A DNA stretch of 64,000 nucleotides from Ramazzottius varieornatus (taxonomy: Eukaryota; Animalia; Tardigrada). Shown here piece after piece: positions 25,973 to 38,557 of the stretch. The stretch spans positions 583,620 through 647,619 of the forward strand of contig BDGG01000004.1 of the NCBI GenBank assembly GCA_001949185.1, given 5' to 3'. Position 1 is the first letter of the stretch. Every line of letters begins with the position of its first letter. The translations under genes and the position numbers were made by a program. Under the pieces are notes generated by a model that was given only the letters and a program-made list of their open reading frames with translations, had not been told where the DNA came from and ran no database searches.

Positions 25973-27860
25973 CCCTACACATGCGTCCGGCGTCCTGATA
26001 CGTCACGTTCTGAACAGCCAGTCAAAAAGTCAGCCTAATAAAGCCGGCTATACGCTACGGCGGTACGGAAGCATGTACGTACGCGACCGAATCACAGTAA
26101 TACGCTTTTCTACGTTTGAATTTCGATTTTACCGTCCTTTCCGCCTGTCCCATAATTTCCCATTGTGCGTGTACCTGTTGTAAAGTGAGGCACAAGAATG
26201 TGCCTTAGGGGTTATGTTAACCAGGGAAGATGGGGAGGTAACTACAACACCTCCAGCCGGAGTTTGAAACCACCGACGTTGAATCGGTAGATAACACGGG
26301 TAAAATCTGGAGAGAATTGAGGTATGTTCCGCCTGCAAAGCAGGAGAATTACAACAGCATAGGTAATACTGCACCACCACACAAGCGCGACGGAAACCGG
26401 CGTTAGTGCCGGCAGGCATGATGTGAAGACGGACTTTCGCTCGAATGGTCCCCCACACAAACCATTCGACCGTAATCGACTTGGTAACCGAGAACCCCCT
26501 CGTCACAACGCCCACAGTACATGACTGCCCCAACGAACGACAATTGAGTAAGAACTAGCGAGTGGTACTCCACTGGACACTGTGGACAGCCGAGCGCCCA
26601 GCGTTACATTCAAGATGACCGGAACAGTCAGATTACAGTTCGTACTGTTATTTATTTCATTGTGTTGTAATTCTAAGATGTATCACGCACCTCCGCAAGA
26701 CGCAATAGAGATATGGGCGAAGCTCCTGTATGCAGGTGCGTGAAACTGTATCTTCCTATCGGTGCCCCGACTGGCGCTGCGCTGTGTTGCGCCAGCCAAT
26801 GTCAAAGCGTTTGGCGACAAGAGCGCCCCGCAAAGTTACCTTCCTTTGTGGCCAAACTTAACTTTGCTCTCTTGTTCAACTCTCACTTAGAAAACGCCTC
26901 GCTTCGCTCGGCTGGACTACGGCAGCAAATGGGGGGGGGGGGGAAGCANCAAGAAAGCNNNNNNNNNNNNNNNNNNNNNNNNNNNNNNNNNNNNNNNNNN
27001 NNNNNNNNGGGGGGGGGGGGGAAGCAGCAAGAAAGCAGTTGGAAGCTGTGGTGGACGAAACCACAGTGGACGTCGCCGTGGTCAACACAACGGACGTAAT
27101 GGCGGCTGACACTACCAGGCAGGACGTGGTGGTGGCGGACACGGAGAGCGTGGAAATGGACAGTGGGGAAATCGAGGTGGTGGTCGCGATAAGCACAGAA
27201 GGAGGGTCCGGAAAAGACTCCCCGCTTTGGACACGAAGAAAACAACGACAACGAAATGAACCTCCTGCACGATGACGCTGACGCACCCAACCAGGACTCT
27301 GAACCAGCACGACGTTCCGACAACGACGGAAGGAAACGGCGACCGTACCACGCGGACACGGATGAAGACTATTACTCCTCGGAGGCGTATGAAAAGACTC
27401 TCCCGAGCCTTCTTGACTATTTATCATTCTTTTCTTTAATACTACACTACAAACAGCTCCTCACTCTACAGTATCACTGTATTACAAACTCTCCGTCTAC
27501 CTGTCAAATTAACAGCTGAAGCAAAGTGAACATTTTCGTATAAAACTTGAAGCTTATTCTTTTGCGAAAGAAGCTGAAATGTCCTGCATTGCCCTATTGA
27601 TCCATTTTATATCCCCAGAACATCGACGAGGCCGTTAGCCGGATTGTTGCGGTTCAAAAAAGTTAAATCAAATCTAAACCTAAGCATCGAGAAATTCCTG
27701 TGGTGAAGGGAGGTAGCTGAATTCCAGTATGAGTTGTGTTTTGCAGAGAAGGCTCACCGACATCTGAGGGCTATCACACGCTGGATCCGAGCACGAAACC
27801 AACTTGGAATGGACGGATGCTGCGGACGATCGACTTCGCCTGTTTCGACGGCTTCTCGTT

Positions 27861-29760
27861 CATAGGTTCCCAGGATTGACTTTAATTTGTGCAGAAGAGG
27901 TAAGCTGGACATACTTCATCATTTTCTCGACCAATGGGAAGAAAAATGGATTCTTCCGGGTGTCTTGATGCAGGTCGATAGTACATGGTTCCTGAGGTGT
28001 AGGAAAAAAGAATCGAGCCGATCGACGGTTAACAACACTTTGATGACCGGCCAAATTTTGTCGAATTTTGCCGGTGAAGCGTGAAATCCGTCTTACTATA
28101 TGTTCGCGGTGCTCGCTCGCGCACTCATAATGTCACCTTGAGAATGTAGGTAGTCGTTACTGAAGGAAAGAGTAAAGCCGCTTGAAGTGAACAAAGCCAC
28201 ACCGAACGCATGGTCAGCTTTGTTCGCGCATGGCAACACCTAAACCAGTCTTTTTCTTGCACGTAGCTGTTGAAGTATTCGAAAGTGAACTAGCCGAAAG
28301 CTGTAAGCACAAGCAAGATGCAAGTTCAGAAGATTGTGGTAGGTTCGACCAGAGTTTCACGATGTTTGTATTCAGTCCTGGTTTGCCCGCAATGCCAAAA
28401 CGAGAATTCGAATAACAACTTCTCGTTCTGGAAATTATGTTTTAATCGACTTGTGAATTTTAACGTGTCTGGATATTAGAGCGACGGGGAATAATCTCAT
28501 ATTATCATCAGACATGATATGGAAATCCGAAACGATAAAGTTCTGTAGAGATTTGTTAAGAGCTGTTTCCATGATGAAAGCGTGCTTATGAGTGGAAGCA
28601 TTGCACATATTGATATTACTCGTCCGCATCCAACCCAGCGGCAAGTCCCCGAGTGGTCGCTCGAGATATCATACTTTTGAACGACTTGTTTGTGGTCAAT
28701 TCGATACTCTTTATGGACATTGGTTAGGATGAGTCCGTTGAGGCGATCGTTGCCCATACGTGAACGAAGCTAATTCTTCTCAATCCTCGACGTTAAGAAG
28801 GAACTTTCGTCTGTTGCGGAAGTGACGGTGGTAACGGCCAACATCTCCTTGAGCGAGTAGACGTCGCTGAAGCGCTATGTGTACAAGTTGCTAATAAGAT
28901 ACTTCAGTGTTTCGGTTGCAATCTTAGGGAGACGCGTTTCTTACACCTGAAAGAGATTAATCTTTAATCCAGAAACAACGATTATAATAACGGGAATAAT
29001 ACACAAAATGACGTGTACCTTTTCAGCTTTACAAATGCGATTTTCTGCATGTAAATCAAGCCATCGGACTTCTGAAAGTGCTTGCCGACAACAAACGGAC
29101 GCGGATTTGATTGCGTAACTCACGCCCCTTGGACAAAAATCTACGTTCGTTTGGCATTAATACCATTACTTTTTTTGTAATGAGTACATATGCAGTATCT
29201 GCTTTGCTCTGTGAAACCGAACTTGTCATGCTGAAGCGTTCAGCTCGATCCATTACACAAGATATTTTTGGTTTAGGTTCGTTCGTTTTGTATTTGGGCG
29301 AACGATATAAGAGCTCCTGTCAAGCATAATAATATTGTCGACTCATATTTCCTTAGGTTGTCGTACTAAACAGTATCGATGTTAATGGGACGGGTCCTGA
29401 TGTTCAGTGAAGTTTATGAGCGTCGGTATTGATCATTAGCGCTTGTCGCGTAACGGATAACATACAGATGCGCAGTGCTGTTGTTGATAAGTTTAATTAT
29501 TTACAGGAAAACTAACCTTATAGTACAGAAGGCTCCACTAAGACACTATACCGTTTGGGAATAGTCGACCGGTCATTAAAGTGTAGTTGACCGTCAGGTC
29601 GGCTCGATTCTTTTTTTCCTACACCTCAGGAACCATGTACTGTCGACCTGCATCAAGACACCCGGAAGAATCCATTTTTCTTCCCATTGGTCGAGAAAAT
29701 GATGAAGTATGTCCAGCTTACCTCTTCTGCACAAATTAAAGTCAATCCTGGGAACCTATG
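27861..29760. mobile_element. 1.9-kb element with ~165-bp TIRs (CATAGGTTCCC..), hAT- or P-like
   Basis: Near-perfect TIRs and flanks TTCTCGTT/ATCTCGTT. It contains a decayed hAT dimerisation-domain fragment at ~28660-28850 on the minus strand (LRSRMGNDRLNGLILTNVH). Confidence 0.85.
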
Positions 29761-30215
29761 ATCTCGTTAGCACGAACTGTGCCAAAGCGATTCCGGGCGT
29801 GTTTTTACTACCCTACGGGTTCCCATATGACTCCGCATACAGCGAGCCATGAATGTTCATCACTCGACAGAGCAACTTTGTTAGTTCCGCTTTCTTACTT
29901 TGCCGGAGCTGCTGTCGTATGCCGTCGGAAGGAGAAGGATTTTGAAGTACCGGAGCATCGGCAACCAGTTCCTGTTCTGCTCTGTTGGTCTGGAGAGCCT
30001 CGGACCATGGGGACCGTGCGCGACGGACCTGTTTGAGTCGGTCGGAAGGAAGATTGCAGAGGTGACAAGGGAATCTGGAGCCTTTTCTTTCTTTAAACAG
30101 AGAGTGTCGATAGATATTCAGCGTGAAAATTCTAATCTGTTCTCTCCACCGTAAGGGTCGTCAAGGGTCTTGATGAGTTGCTTTACGTTCTAGATTTGAA
30201 GAGGGGAAAGTTTGT
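29761..30215 (+). mobile_element. Decayed CRE-clade non-LTR retrotransposon 3' end (restriction-like endonuclease region)
   Basis: KYRSIGNQFLFCSVGLESLGPWG..FFKQRVSIDIQREN matches my recollection of the CRE endonuclease C-terminal pattern. It is frameshifted and probably continues left of 27861. Confidence 0.7.
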
Positions 30216-30365
30216 CCAAGTGCCACTATTTGTTTGTCCATATGCCACTGTATTGCTATCTTCTCGTTTTTTGAGAGCAGAATATTATCTTTCCAATAAA
30301 GATGTCCCAAACTACATAAGTATTTTGTTGGTTACTGATGTTGCTGTACTCGTATAGCTGTTTCA

Positions 30366-30944
30366 CGAGGGAATTTAGCCAATGCTCCAGTCGTATAACA
30401 CAGACTGAAACGACAGAGAGATAGAGGAGAGTTTTCTCTATCGACTGGGATAAACCAGGCCGGCAGAAAAAAATCCTGGAAGACACAACGGGAAGCGGAA
30501 GTGACGTCAAAATCTGGGCGGAACATCGGCATCAATCAAGTAAGTTGATTATGTGCTGGTTGATTCGCTATTTGATTGGTCTGTAATACTTTGTGGGTAG
30601 AAGAGCAGNNNNNNNNNNNNNNNNNNNNNNNNNNNNNNNNNNNNNNNNNNNNNNNNNNAGAGAACGAAGTTTGACAAAACAATCAAAACTGTAGTGATCA
30701 GCTGCTCTTCTACCCATATAGTGTTACAGACCAATCAAATAACGAATCAACCAGCACACAATCAACTTACTTGACTGATGCCGATGTTCCGCCCAGATTT
30801 TGACGCCACTTCCGCTTCCTGTTGTGTCTTCCAGGATTTTTTTCTGCCGGCCTGGTCTATCCCAGTCGATAGAGAAAACTCTCCTCTACCTCTCTGTCGT
30901 TTTAGTTTGTGAAATAACACTGGAGCATTGGTTAAATCCCCTCG
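30366..30944. mobile_element. Long-TIR element related to 61478-63833 (centre in an N gap)
   Basis: ~250-bp TIRs with CGAGGG..CCCCTCG ends and TCA on both flanks. It shares GGAAGTGACGTCAAAATCTGGGCGG with the 61478 element. Confidence 0.85.
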
Positions 30945-31099
30945 TCAGTTTGGTCATTCGGTTACAACGGAATGAACAGCGAGTTTGTTTCAGACATTAC
31001 CTTTATTTGTCAATGAGAAGCCAGGCTTATCGTTTTGAGACAAAAGTTCGAAAGTCTGGCGAGAATGCCGGAAGAGACAGGAGGTGTAGACAACTATGA

Positions 31100-32500
31100 C
31101 AATATTCTTAAATTTCAATTTTAAACCAGCAACAAAGTATCAATATTTTCTTTACACCATTTAACGTCTGAGAAGTTTGAACGAGACAAGTACGATTTAA
31201 AAGCCGCCAGAGTCAAAAGATCACGTGGACTGGGATTGAGCAAAGGATCTTTCAGGATAGAAGATCCGACGTATGCAGAGGAGGACACTGTTGATTCCGG
31301 TATCTTGCATGACCGGGGAGCTTGGCTGACAGGTTTGAGTAGAATTTCTTTCGCCTGGCTTCTCGTGGTTCTGTCTGGCATTTCTCTTTTCATAATGAAG
31401 CCTCCTCCTGCAAATGTACCATTCTGGCTCTTGAATACATTTATCATAATACCTTCTAGCCGTCTTGTCCAAAGGGGATGCCAGCTGACTTCCGCCAAGT
31501 GCTGCCGATATTGGAAAAAGTCCCCGTCATGTTGGTCTTTTCCGTCCATCTTTCCAAGTCGAATGCTCTTCAAGAACTTTTTCTGAATTCCTTCAAGCTG
31601 CTTCTGAAGACCTTTTCCTGTCGAATGCCATGATGACGATGCATAATCCACCACTGATCGGACGATACTCTTGAACAGCAACTGTTTTGCTGACCCAAAA
31701 TGCCGAGGAAAGAAGGCATTGATCGCGTACAACCGCCTTCTGCTCTTACTTGTCACGTTTTCCGTTTGCGCTGTCCATTCCATCTTGCTTCAAAACGTTA
31801 CTCCAAGGCATTCCGCGTCATCAACTGTCGGGATATTTTCCGAAGAGACCTTGTAACTTCCGCCGCTGATTTCCGCCTTTTTCGTAATCTTGTGGGATAG
31901 TCGAAGATGTTACGACTTAGTAGGATTGATTTCGAGGCCTGTATCTTTACACCATTCGGACAGACTATCCAGATCTCTCTGTAGAGCATTACAATCTTCT
32001 TCGCGGCTGACAACTCGCCAGATGACTATGTCGTCAGCATACTGGAGAACTTCGCACAGCAGACTGCTTGATAGGCTATTGACAGCGATGTTGAACAACA
32101 GCGGGCCGAGGATGGAACCTTAAGGGACTCCTGACTTTACTTGACTTTCTTCCGAAAAGCGTCCGTCCACCACCACTCTTTGACTTCTACCCCGGAGGTC
32201 ATCATCGATGAGAACTTGCAGCTGGCCCTTGATTCCCGCCTTTGACAGACCGGTTATGATTACATCATGCGGTAGTCTGTCAAAGGCTTTCTTGCAGTCG
32301 AGGAAGACTATATCAGCTTCCTTCCGTTCGAGTAGGACCTGCTTCCACTTGTGGCTCATTTGCAGTAATTGCATCTCCGTTGATCGTTGTTTCGAAGTAG
32401 ATCTCTTCCTGGCTAGTGAGATGCCTGTCCAGAGTTCGCCACACCAAGTGGATCCACAGGAATAGCAAAATATTACTCCTGAGGAACCCACCTGACAACT
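31100..32500 (-). mobile_element. 5'-truncated CR1/L2-group LINE reverse transcriptase relic
   Basis: Motifs DIVFLDCKKAFDRLPH, GVP*GSILGPLLF, YADD and LFKSIVRSVVDYASSSW, with stops and frameshifts. Confidence 0.88.
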
Positions 32501-32861
32501 CTGTGGTCACCCAAAGGGAATTAACGAGTCCAGATAGAAGGACTTGAAGCTGCGAAGATGATCAAATGCAGAAGCTCGACTACTGATCATTGTTGTTTTA
32601 TCCTCATTCAAAAATATTTCATTCTCGGAGCTAAAACTATGAAAGGGAAAAGTCATGTTCCTAAGAGGACTTCTTAATACAGCAGCGTTGAGTTCTCAAC
32701 AAACGTAGAGTTAAGAATTCGGATAGATATCTGATGACTGAACTCGAATGAACTATAAGTATAATGTAAAATCTCAAATGCAGCAACAACCTTCTGCTTG
32801 AAACGGAACCAGGCAAAACACCGAGACGAAACTATTAAGTTTTAAAATCGTTTTGAATTCG

Positions 32862-34848
32862 TTAGAAATCCAAATGTTCGAGTGAATCGTGACCAATAGT
32901 TGGGTTGATGGCGTCCAACGAAGAAAACTCATGATCATCTTGAGAGAAAACATTGTTGTCACCACCGAAAGCATCGGGGTCATTCAGCGGGCTGAAGAGA
33001 CCACTGGCCGGACTTGCTTCTCCATCAAACCGACCATCCTAAACGACCGTGAAATATTTTACAATTGCGTACACGAAAGCTTCCGTGACTTACGACATTG
33101 TCACCGCCCTTCTGCACTGTCTCTGTCTCTGTCTCTTCCGGTTCGGTCGGGGACGGAGAGGCCGGTGAGATGTTGGAGATGCCGGAGCCACTTCGAGATC
33201 GCGCTTCTGAGACATCGTAGCTGGCTGCGGCGGCCTGGACCTTCTTCAACATGAAGGGCGGGATCGTGAACTCTTTCACACCAGCCATGGAACCTCGACG
33301 GACAGACTGGTCGGTATCGCTCCGCAGGATTTCGCGGATGTCTTCGGCGAACACCAGGAAAGCTTTGCCACCCGCTGCTGTCATAATGTTATTCTCGTAA
33401 AGCCACTGCTTGTCCTCCTGATCACCAACATACTAAAAGAACAAACATTTCCTGCGGTTATCGAGAAGGGAGAAAAGTCTCACCAGAATAACCAGGTAAC
33501 TTAAGTGCTGTTATTTTTCGTACCTTAAATAGATCTGGATGTTTGACATAAATGCGTCCTCTGGCTGCTGCATAGCCAACTACCCTGAAAAGATTCAACG
33601 GTTAAGATATTTCACTAACGAACAAACACACACAGAGGGCATTTCTAGCAATCTCGGAGGCTCACTTGTTCGCAGCGGAACCCAGCATGAATTTGGTTTG
33701 GTTGTCGATTTTCCCCACGTCGATCACGCTGGACCACATCCGCTGGCTGGAACCTCCCGTGGTTTTCTTCGCTAATGGACTGCAAAAGGCACATGAATCC
33801 CACCAAGGTTCATGCACGAATAACATTGATTTGACCAGAGGAGGGACTCACGACACTTTCGGAATTCGGGTTGGTTTGTCGACTCGGATTCTCTTGGACG
33901 ACGCGTCGCTGGAAAAGGAGTCTCCATCGGAATCTCGTGAGCGCCTCCTGGCTCCGTAGCGAGCAAACGGTTCGGACACGGCATCCGAATGTACGCTGTA
34001 CGGAGAACCAGTGGACGGATATGCAGCTGTCGACATGGAGGAGTTCAGGGATGGTACCTCCACGACATACATTTTCTTGGCCTCTTCCAGCATGCTGCAT
34101 CTCAGGCTATTCAAAATGTCGTCGTTCACCGAATCAGCACCCTCATTCAACCGGATATTTGTCACGGCCAGCTCCACGCAATCCTGTAAAACAAGCCACA
34201 CCATCCTCCCCGAAATCTTGAAAGCTTCTGTAACAAGTACTTGTTTTTGAATGATCCAACAGAAAGGCTTCACCAGACTCGCGCAAGACGTCATAATGTT
34301 AACACGACATTGTGGGCCCCGGTGAGCAGTAAGCAACCGTGCGACGACGTCATGACCCACTACGCAATATTTGTGTTGATGACAGTACCTTCATGTATTT
34401 CTCGAGGACCGCATGGAGCTCTTGGTTAATAAAAACTTGCAGACTCTGCCGCAGAATATCCAACACTTTCGTCGGGCTTTGAGTGATGCCTTTAAAGATG
34501 GAGTGATACCTCGGGAGGTTAATTCCTCCCGCACCATGAGATCGATTTGTGCGTCCAGCCTGAGCTGCGGCAATGCTGGCGTTCGTAGCATTCGTCAACG
34601 ATTCATTATACGGCCAGTTCTGTAAAAAAAAACCCGTCAGACAGCAGCATCTTCTAGATTCAATGGTAAAGGTGTCTAGTCTTTTACGCTACCTGAGCTT
34701 CGCTTGCTGCAGTGTCGTCCATGACGTTCGCGCTGAAGAAGAAGTCATCTGTCTTCTGATCCTCTGCTTCAAAGTGGTTTCCATTGAAGAGCTCCGGGCC
34801 TGCGTCTGCGTGAGCTGCGAAGAAGCTCTGTGGAAAGGGATTCGCCAT
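32862..34848 (-). CDS. DNTTIP1: Deoxynucleotidyltransferase terminal-interacting protein 1 (MiDAC subunit)
   Basis: Dimerisation motif VLDILRQSLQVFINQELHAVLEKY..LEEAKKMY. C-terminal domain KFMLGSAANK..RIYVKHPDLFKYVGDQEDKQWL..GGKAFL, assembled across canonical introns. Confidence 0.88.
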
Positions 34849-35269
34849 GACGAACTGAATAAAGAAGAGTTAAGTAGAGCTTAGATGACAAAGAGGGGTG
34901 CGTGCCTGGGAGTGGGTGCAGCCCTGCACGGGAAACAATGCAGAATCAGCAATCAACGCATGCACCAGAAGAAAGCTTGGTATGAGACGTCCAGTTGATT
35001 TAAAGCCTATGACGCTGGTTTTGCACAGCCGTCTCGTGAATAGTGTGACGTCATATCACCTATCCAGCTAATTTCCTACCATCCAGTTGATCATTCCATC
35101 CAGACGTCTATCCAGTTGATCAGCTGTTTGTGTTTGACAGCGTCATTCATAAAACTTTTCCTATTTTCGTTTTTCTTTACAGTATTTTAAATTTTCTTCA
35201 CGATCGATTACGGACTAAAGCTTCCACTCAAGTCTCAAGTCATCTCACCAACTACCAGTATTACCAGCT

Positions 35270-36847
35270 ATGGATACGGAAGAGGAGCATCATAAGCTTG
35301 TACAAATTGCCGAGATGGGAGCCGTGAATGAAGAACGTGGCGCTGGTGATGGCTCTGACGTGGGTGGGTCTGATTACTCGGATCAGGACTCCAGCGATGA
35401 TGGACCACAAGAAGGAGGGATTCCCATCCTTCAGCTGAACAGTGGTATCCACGCTCCCAAGGTCCGGCCATTCAACCCCGAACTTCCAGACACGGTCACA
35501 CTCTTATCCCATCCAGAAAGCAATGGCCAGGTATAGGTTGCTCAAGTGGCGCATCATATCGTGTAATATACTGGTGAAGGTGCGCCAAGTGACCGAACTC
35601 ACCGTATTTCTGTCTCATCACTTCGCGAGGAAATGCGTGTCTTCGTCCCATGCTATCGGTTTTCTGTATGAAACTGACACCATATATGATTTAACCTCTG
35701 TTTTAGGTTTACATCGTCGGGACGGCGCATTTTGGCAACAAAAGTCAAGAAGATGTGGCGTCGACCATACGACAGCTGCGTCCCGATTTTGTGGTTCTAG
35801 AACTCTGTCCCGAACGAAAAGGCATCCTGACAGTCGACGAAAGCGCTGTTCAAGTGGATCCATCATGGGAAGACCTGAACCAGATCATCAAAAGGATCGG
35901 AGTGAGCCAGGGTATTTTACAGTTCTTTTTGCTGAAGCTTTCTGCGCACTGTACGAGCAAACTCGGAATGACACCAGGTAAAAGTTGTTCATCTTTCTGT
36001 TTATCCTTTGTTCTTAATTTTGGATATCTATTACTCAGGTGGCGAAATGCGGTGTGCTTATCGGGAGTCGTCCATGCAGCAGGACTGCATGATCCTTCTG
36101 GGAGATCGTCCGTTGAGCATCACGTTGAAGCGAGCCTTTGGTTCGCTGTCCTTATGGCAGAAAGCGCAGTTTCTTTGGGTCGTTATGCGTGAGATGAAGA
36201 CGGACATCTCACAGGAAGATGTCGAGAAGTGCAAGAGCAGTGACGTCCTTGAAGAACTCATTGAGAAACTGTCGCAAGAGTTCCCCACACTCCACAGAGT
36301 CCTCGTTTCCGAGAGAGATCTCTTCTTGGCGCATGTGCTAAAGTCGTCCGCGTCCAAGCACCTCATGACCACTGCTGGACCTCAACCTGCTGTTGTACGT
36401 TTATTCTTTCTTCGTTTTGGTTACTCTTGTCTCAGTCATATCGTCAAACCTGTTCACTCAGATGTTCATCTCAAGTGGCCTCACTTGATAAACGATCTGG
36501 CTCAATTCGTAATTTCATTTGCTGAGCTGCCATGTTGGTTTCTAAATTCACTATTATCTGTTTCACAGGTGGTGGGCGTTGTGGGGATTGGACATGTTCC
36601 TGGTATCAAACGCGCCTGGAACAACGCTAATATGTCGAAAGAGCAACTGAACATGCTCCTGGCCATTCCGCAGCCGACCACGAGCCAAAAGATTTTCACC
36701 GGTGTAGTCAGAATCTCCATTTTGGGTTTAGTAGGCTTTGGCTGTTATAAAGTTGGTCGCTTTGCTTTCGAGAGAGTGGATCTGACGCCCGTTCAGCATG
36801 GCTTTGATAAAGCTGTCGACGCTATCAGGTCTAAGCTGCAGAAATAA
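35270..36847 (+). CDS. TRABD: TraB domain-containing protein (exons 35270-35530, 35707-35977, 36039-36394, 36569-36847)
   Basis: Motifs VYIVGTAHF, VVLELC..R, PGGEMR.A, LGDRP..IT, ERD and VVGVVGIGHVPGI, plus a C-terminal TM segment. Confidence 0.92.
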
Positions 36848-36987
36848 CAGAACCCCCTTATATTTTTTTTCTGTTGCATTCCATAATCTACTTTTGATCG
36901 TCTAAATTTGTATTTTTCATCACTATTTTGACTAGTATAGCACTAGAAAATATAGTAAAGCTCTGAGGTTTTCGCGCATGGGGTTTT

Positions 36988-38027
36988 CTACAATTGAATT
37001 GGAAGTTTTGGCTGGAATAAAGTTTTATCTTTGCGCATCTTTTGAGCTTCTTTGTAGGGAGGGTTTATTGGAGGCTGCACTGGAGCTTTGTACTCGTACT
37101 CTTTCTGTCCTTCAGATTTTCCCTCCGTGAGGTTCAAAGGATAAGTTCGGTCGGAATCAAAAGCGCCCTCTTCACCGCAGACCAGGAAAGGCACTTCAGG
37201 ATACAGGTTCTCGCTCAGGTGTCGTGCTGGGTTCTTCTCTGCGAGGTAATCGAGCAGGTTGTCGGACGAAGAAGTGAACTCGGGAAGCGGAACGTAGTTC
37301 TGGCAAACGACGAAGGCTTCAAGCGATGAATCTCGGCTGCATTTCGGCCTACCGGATAAAGACATTCTGACATAACACAACACAAAATAACCGTCTTCAC
37401 ACTCGCGCATGGCGTCGAAAACCAGCAGTCATACATCCGATATTCGCTGACATCATACGCGACTAACGCTTACTTTGCTATCACAACTTCAGGAAAGAAC
37501 AGCTTCAGGTCCGCACACAATTTCCCAATCCTCTTCCCGCGGAACACCTTTGCGACCATCGTTCCACCGGACTTCAGTATCCTACTCGTCAAATCTAAGG
37601 CCGACAAGACTAGTTGATGCTGTACATACTCGTCAAAGTCGAGTAGGCCGACCACATCCGGTGCGCCATCACAGACAACCAAGTCCGAGAGTTGACCGTC
37701 AAGGTGCGCGATGATGTTATCGGCTGTGCTGCGATCGGTGATGTCGCCTTGCAGCTGCATCACTCCTTCTAAAGGTGCCATCGGTTGCAGGTCGACGGCG
37801 ATAATCCGGATGGAAGGATCGTCTTTGCATGGCTCGTAGATCGTTTTGGACAGGACTTGACTCCAGGAGCCTGGCGCAGCGCAGAGATCGACGACGCGCT
37901 TGACATCGCGAAAGATGTCGATCTTCTCCTGGATCTGTAGCAGTTTGAAAGCGCTCCTTGCTCGCCATCCTTGCTCCTTGGCTAGCCGGTAGTAGATATC
38001 CCGTTTGTCTTTCGATGACTTTCCCAT
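36988..38027 (-). CDS. FTSJ1: tRNA (cytidine32/guanosine34-2'-O)-methyltransferase Trm7 (2 exons)
   Basis: Motifs [47 protein letters not shown] and KP..SR.SS.EAFVVC. Confidence 0.96.
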
Positions 38028-38557
38028 GCTGGCGATTTGGAAGATCAAAGATGCAAACTAGAAACAAATGAGAAGAAAAGTTAGAAAACCGGGCAATTGA
38101 AACTTTGCTGTAATGGCTCAGGCAGGGTGGGGTTATAGAGTGGTCTACCGTATAACCCCGCGCTGGCTCAGTCAACAATCCATCGAACAACCTGTGTTGC
38201 ATGGGGCATCATCATTGGCATGGGCGAACAGCTTACAGCTCACAGATTCAGTACCTCTCAACCCCCCTTTTACTTCTCTGCGTTCGCTTGATCGTTGATC
38301 AGTTCGTCGGACAGGAGACTGGATCACAATCAATCGAACGCTTCGAAGTCAAGGGGGGTTAGGAGGCTTAGGACTTTGGAGGGTTCTGGACACAGCTCGA
38401 AGGATATACGTCACACGGACTGCGATTACGAAATGCAACTGGTAAATCGGACACCAAAGTTTAGTCCGATCTGTGCGTGTCTCCTACGTCTGATTGCTCT
38501 AGTGTCGTAACTGTCGTTGTAGATGCTTTAGGTTGACTGAGGAGATTGCTGGAAGGG

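Noticed and set aside
26930-27036. Direct repeat of poly-G plus AAGCAGCAAGAAAGC
   Set aside because: It flanks an N gap on both sides and is most likely a contig-overlap artefact.
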